In this document: positions 5,705 to 8,652 of the stretch, one piece after another
Layout of the letters: each line of letters begins with the position of its first letter
How positions within the stretch are numbered: position 1 is the stretch's first letter
Origin: a virus
Lineage: Duplodnaviria > Heunggongvirae > Uroviricota > Caudoviricetes
IMG/VR virus record: IMGVR_UViG_2648501437_000024
Coordinates: 1 to 8,652 of that record
DNA: 8,652 nucleotides
Strand: one strand, 5' to 3'
Program-made: the position numbers and the translations under genes
Notes under the pieces: model-generated
What the model saw: the letters and a program-made list of their open reading frames with translations, nothing else
Database searches by the model: none
What the model was told of the DNA's origin: nothing

Positions 5705-5995
5705 TTATTCGGTTGTAACTTTTTTGATCAAGGCCACTCTACGATCAGGTGTTCTTGTGATGGTGGCAGTGAATCGTTTCGCTTGGATAGTAATGGTTTC
5801 GTTCTCCTTAAGTTGCCCGTAGCGAGTTTCCACCAGGGTACCAAGACGCCACAGACCATCATCGATACGTTTATGACTAGCAAATTTAATAAGCAACAGT
5901 TTTACGACTAACTGACCTACGTAAAAGGCGAATGCGACTCCGGCCGCTAAGAAATAGGTGGCCAACCACCAGTCCCAAGAAGTTAAATTGCTCAT
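5705..5995 (-). CDS. hypothetical small membrane protein (96 aa, hydrophobic N-terminal segment)
   Basis: Track ORF; AAGG RBS about 7 nt upstream; its ATG overlaps the TGA of the upstream 50-aa ORF (ATGA); WDWWLATYFLAAGVAFAFYVGQLVV looks like a transmembrane helix. Confidence 0.6.
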   Translation of the reverse strand: MSNLTSWDWWLATYFLAAGVAFAFYVGQLVVKLLLIKFASHKRIDDGLWRLGTLVETRYGQLKENETITIQAKRFTATITRTPDRRVALIKKVTTE

Positions 5996-6144
5996 TTTCT
6001 AACCTTTGTTTCATGAACTACCCGATACACACGCTTTCCGATGCACAGTGTTTTGGTTTTAAGTTCCTGCTTAATTAAATCACGACAGATGCCGAAGCCG
6101 ATAAGGAAGCCACCCATAAAAGCTAATGAGATGTATGGAATCAT
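5992..6144 (-). CDS. hypothetical small membrane protein (50 aa), below the ORF-track length cutoff
   Basis: Hand translation: MIPYISLAFMGGFLIGFGICRDLIKQELKTKTLCIGKRVYRVVHETKVRK; AGGAG RBS 7 nt upstream; ATGA overlaps with both flanking genes; its start carries repeat copy 3. Confidence 0.5.
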   Translation of the reverse strand: MIPYISLAFMGGFLIGFGICRDLIKQELKTKTLCIGKRVYRVVHETKVRK

Positions 6145-6146
6145 TT
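6130..6146 (-). repeat. copy 3 of the repeated motif (minus sense AAATGATTCCATACATC), containing the start codon of the 50-aa ORF
   Basis: 17-nt exact match to 5118-5134. Confidence 0.6.
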
Positions 6147-6356
6147 TAACACTCCTGATTCTACTAATTGCTGTAGCAATACTTTCCCTTTATCAGTTAA
6201 CTGGTAGTTGGCCGAACACTTCGTTTCAGAAACGTTTGCAACCAACCCTAAACGCTCTAACTTAGCTCGCGTTTTAGGCTTCCAGTACTCAGGGAACTCC
6301 GGCCACTTACTGATTTCATGAAGCGTTTCCTTCTCCCGTTTACTTAATACGATCAT
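6141..6356 (-). CDS. hypothetical protein (71 aa)
   Basis: Track ORF; strong AGGAG RBS 7 nt upstream of the ATG at 6356; stop overlaps the start of the 50-aa ORF. Confidence 0.6.
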   Translation of the reverse strand: MIVLSKREKETLHEISKWPEFPEYWKPKTRAKLERLGLVANVSETKCSANYQLTDKGKVLLQQLVESGVLK

Positions 6357-6519
6357 CCTTAATCTCCTTCAGGGTGTTGGTTATTTCTACAATGCGATAA
6401 ATACGACCGCGTCTTTCTATAACACCGCTTTTAATGTAGTCATTGATGCAACTGGACATCACCACAATACCTATGAAAAAACCAACTGCTAAAAATGCAA
6501 TCATCCAGCCGAGCATCAT
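6340..6519 (-). CDS. hypothetical small membrane protein (59 aa), below the ORF-track length cutoff
   Basis: Hand translation: MMLGWMIAFLAVGFFIGIVVMSSCINDYIKSGVIERRGRIYRIVEITNTLKEIKDDRIK; GGAG RBS about 7 nt upstream, inside the ligase 3' end; overlaps the 71-aa ORF by 17 nt in another frame. Confidence 0.4.
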   Translation of the reverse strand: MMLGWMIAFLAVGFFIGIVVMSSCINDYIKSGVIERRGRIYRIVEITNTLKEIKDDRIK

Positions 6520-7838
6520 TCTTTATCTCCGATTCGATCTTCTGTATCGCGTAAGCAACGCGGCCATTTCAGTCGTGGGTGGCGTAAGCTGCCGTCCGGT
6601 GTTTTCTCGTGACAATGAACCTCGACAATACGACCACGGTACTTCTCTTTGTTGTTCCAGATCTCATCCAGATATTTATGCTTAATGCCGCTCGCACGAA
6701 CGATGACGCCGTTTTCAAGACGAATAACAATTTTTCCAAGTGTGTTGGCAAAACCAGAGTCCGGGTCGCCCGGCTCAAAGTCGATAATTTCACCATCTTC
6801 GGAATCTTCGTCTTTTAACTTCCACCAGCTGCGGGTACGTTTAAACTCGTAAACAGAGTTCGGATCTTTGCCCATCTCCCCTTCTTCGTTATCGTCCAGG
6901 CGTTTCATGAAGCGTTCGATGAAGTCTTCGTGGCTATGGATGATATAGAACGGATGCAGGTGAATGTCTTGTGTGTAGCCTTCACTGCGATCGTTTTTGA
7001 ACAACGCCACCAGCATAGCCAGGCGCTCTTTCAGCTTCATACCTGTCTTTGCATACTCTTTGGATTTAGCCTGTGCTCGCCATTCCGGTAGGAAGAAGTC
7101 GAAAACATGATAAATAGCGCCAATTGCCTGCACGTTCTTTTTGCGCAATGCAGATACGGACTGGTTAAATGAACCGGCAGTTCCTTCACCATCGAAGAAG
7201 ATGTGTTTGTGGCCTGAAAGTTTGCCTAATTCGAGCATGGCTGGCTTTAGGTGATCGAGAGACGTGATTGGATTACCAGTACGAGAAAGGAAGTTAACCT
7301 CTTCCTCGTCAACAATAACCTCGCAAATTACTCGCAAACCATCGAGCTTAAGACTGCCAATCATCGGCCATTTTGCTTTAGGATTTGGCTTGAAGGGGTA
7401 TTTGTCGCCTTTTTCTTTATACGGTGACGCCAGCTGCACCTCGAATTTCGGAATGGGATTTTCAAAAACCTTGTTGCATAGGCTAATCCCAACACCTGCT
7501 TTCGGGTCTTTTAAGAGGAAACGACGGAACACGTCCTGCCCATCGGCGCACATTGACGCCACGATAGACTCAACAGCTGCTATTGCTGCGTTCCCCGTTA
7601 GCTCGCGAGAGGCCAGCTTATTCAGTACATCAATGGCTTTTTCGTCACTTGGGATGGACTCACTAAGCGGCTCTGCCACTTTGTATTTCTTTACCCCAAA
7701 ACGGATGAAAGGGTTGAGCATCAATGAAACCATGCTTTGCTCGAAGTCATCCATGTTGGCCAATGCCTCTTTTTTTGCATTGGTTCCCATAGCTTTCATT
7801 TCGTCCAGCTTATGCTTAAGTGCGATCAACTTTTTCAT
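6516..7838 (-). CDS. ATP-dependent DNA ligase (phage T4 gp30-like)
   Basis: 440-aa ORF; adenylation motif I SLKLDGLRV (KxDGxR); motifs FDGE, EGYTQDIHLHP and WWKLK; C-terminal LRHPRL (motif VI); RELTGNAAI and FLSRTGNPI resemble T4 ligase segments as recalled from memory; GGAGG RBS; ATGA overlap with the upstream gene. Confidence 0.9.
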   Translation of the reverse strand: MKKLIALKHKLDEMKAMGTNAKKEALANMDDFEQSMVSLMLNPFIRFGVKKYKVAEPLSESIPSDEKAIDVLNKLASRELTGNAAIAAVESIVASMCADGQDVFRRFLLKDPKAGVGISLCNKVFENPIPKFEVQLASPYKEKGDKYPFKPNPKAKWPMIGSLKLDGLRVICEVIVDEEEVNFLSRTGNPITSLDHLKPAMLELGKLSGHKHIFFDGEGTAGSFNQSVSALRKKNVQAIGAIYHVFDFFLPEWRAQAKSKEYAKTGMKLKERLAMLVALFKNDRSEGYTQDIHLHPFYIIHSHEDFIERFMKRLDDNEEGEMGKDPNSVYEFKRTRSWWKLKDEDSEDGEIIDFEPGDPDSGFANTLGKIVIRLENGVIVRASGIKHKYLDEIWNNKEKYRGRIVEVHCHEKTPDGSLRHPRLKWPRCLRDTEDRIGDKE

Positions 7839-8317
7839 TGTTGTTTTACCTCCATATGTTGATCGATTTGCTCATGTGTTTCTTTTGTTGTTTCTTCAAG
7901 CAACGCCGCATACACGTCAGTGATCGCTGTTTGTGATGTGGTGCTCTTCTTAACCATGCTATTAATCGTTACACCGTCACGTTTTCGTTTTAAAGTTCTG
8001 GCTTGTTTATTCTGTTCTTCAACCTCCTTAATGAGCGCGGTCATATCTTCGAAATACAGAGATTCTCCTTTACGAATCTCTTCAACCATCATTTTTAACG
8101 CCTTGCATTTGCCTGCTTTGATAGCGGTTGCGCACGACTGGAATGAAGTTCGAGGAAGACGGTTTTCTTTGAAGGCAAGAATGGTGTGCTGGCAAACGGA
8201 GTAGCTGCAATATGCCGACTCACCGTTTATCTTTACTTCCTCACAACGAAGTGAATAACCATTATTTCCTGAAATAGAGGGGATTTTTGACAAATCAGCT
8301 TTCACAACTACCGCCAT
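7835..8317 (-). CDS. hypothetical Cys-rich protein (160 aa), translationally coupled to the ligase
   Basis: Track ORF; five Cys in the N-terminal 75 residues (C-x11-C-x4-C-x19-C-x8-C), then a charged, helical-looking C-terminus; its stop overlaps the ligase ATG. Confidence 0.6.
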   Translation of the reverse strand: MAVVVKADLSKIPSISGNNGYSLRCEEVKINGESAYCSYSVCQHTILAFKENRLPRTSFQSCATAIKAGKCKALKMMVEEIRKGESLYFEDMTALIKEVEEQNKQARTLKRKRDGVTINSMVKKSTTSQTAITDVYAALLEETTKETHEQIDQHMEVKQQ

Positions 8318-8372
8318 AAATAATCTTGTACTTACCTATCGTTATTTGCGTAAAAAACGACGCGCGGAGAGA

Positions 8373-8588
8373 TTACCAACTTCCCCAGCTAATCATCTTG
8401 CGCTGATCGCTTTCTAAGCGATAGGGGACAAGAAGCTCTGTGACATGATTGGTGGCGTATGATTTAGCCTCTTGCTCTATCATCGGTAATTCGTTAGCAA
8501 TCCTGACCATCTTCCCAGCAAACTCCGCCATTACGCCATCACATGCCTTCCCAGCATCAATATGAAGTGGCACACTGAATTTGGCCAC
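8373..8588 (-). CDS. hypothetical protein (71 aa), probable GTG start
   Basis: Track ORF; the first codon is GTG with no clear Shine-Dalgarno, so the start is uncertain. Confidence 0.4.
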   Translation of the reverse strand: MAKFSVPLHIDAGKACDGVMAEFAGKMVRIANELPMIEQEAKSYATNHVTELLVPYRLESDQRKMISWGSW

Positions 8589-8652
8589 CTGAACAGAGGT
8601 GATATGCTCACCTCAGAACAACACAGGTGCTCCAATGAAAAAAAGAAATTTC

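Noticed and set aside
5699-6265. Plus-strand ORFs 5699-5911 and 6041-6265
   Set aside because: Antisense to minus-strand genes that have RBSs and ATGA coupling.
6443-8204. ORFs 6443-6685, 6569-6796, 6609-6818, 6649-6852, 7264-7923 and 7920-8204
   Set aside because: All lie within or antisense to the DNA ligase or the Cys-rich gene; the ligase frame carries conserved catalytic motifs and the others carry none.
1-8652. CRISPR array, rRNA genes or an insertion sequence with a transposase
   Set aside because: No regularly spaced direct repeats, no rRNA-like sequence and no transposase-like ORF were seen; the only recombinase is the tyrosine recombinase.

Overview
This 8.65-kb window looks like a phage-type mosaic, with most genes on the minus strand and tightly packed or overlapping (ATGA stop/start overlaps). 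All identifications are from reading the sequence and from memory of protein families; no database search was run. Left to right: (1) 45-2754 carries a 220-aa HExxH protein, a 70-aa ORF, a divergent XRE-family HTH regulator and a tyrosine recombinase that lacks a recognisable arm-binding N-terminus; (2) 2966-3211 is a GrxA-like glutaredoxin with its own terminator; (3) 3385-4293 is a markedly AT-rich, oppositely oriented 302-aa ORF with an Rx4H (HEPN-like) motif, the best candidate here for an undescribed defence or exclusion function; (4) 4295-4926 holds terminators and a compact minus-strand tRNA array (Asn-GUU, Thr-UGU, Ser-UGA), with an unexplained 213-nt spacer and a long perfect hairpin; (5) 4927-5704 is about 780 bp with no convincing ORF but several long perfect inverted repeats; (6) 5705-8588 is a chain of small overlapping genes (three with hydrophobic N-termini), a T4-type ATP-dependent DNA ligase and a translationally coupled Cys-rich protein. 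A 14-17-nt motif (AAATGATTCCATAC[ATC] in minus sense) occurs three times, once as a 13-bp perfect palindrome. No CRISPR array or rRNA was seen.
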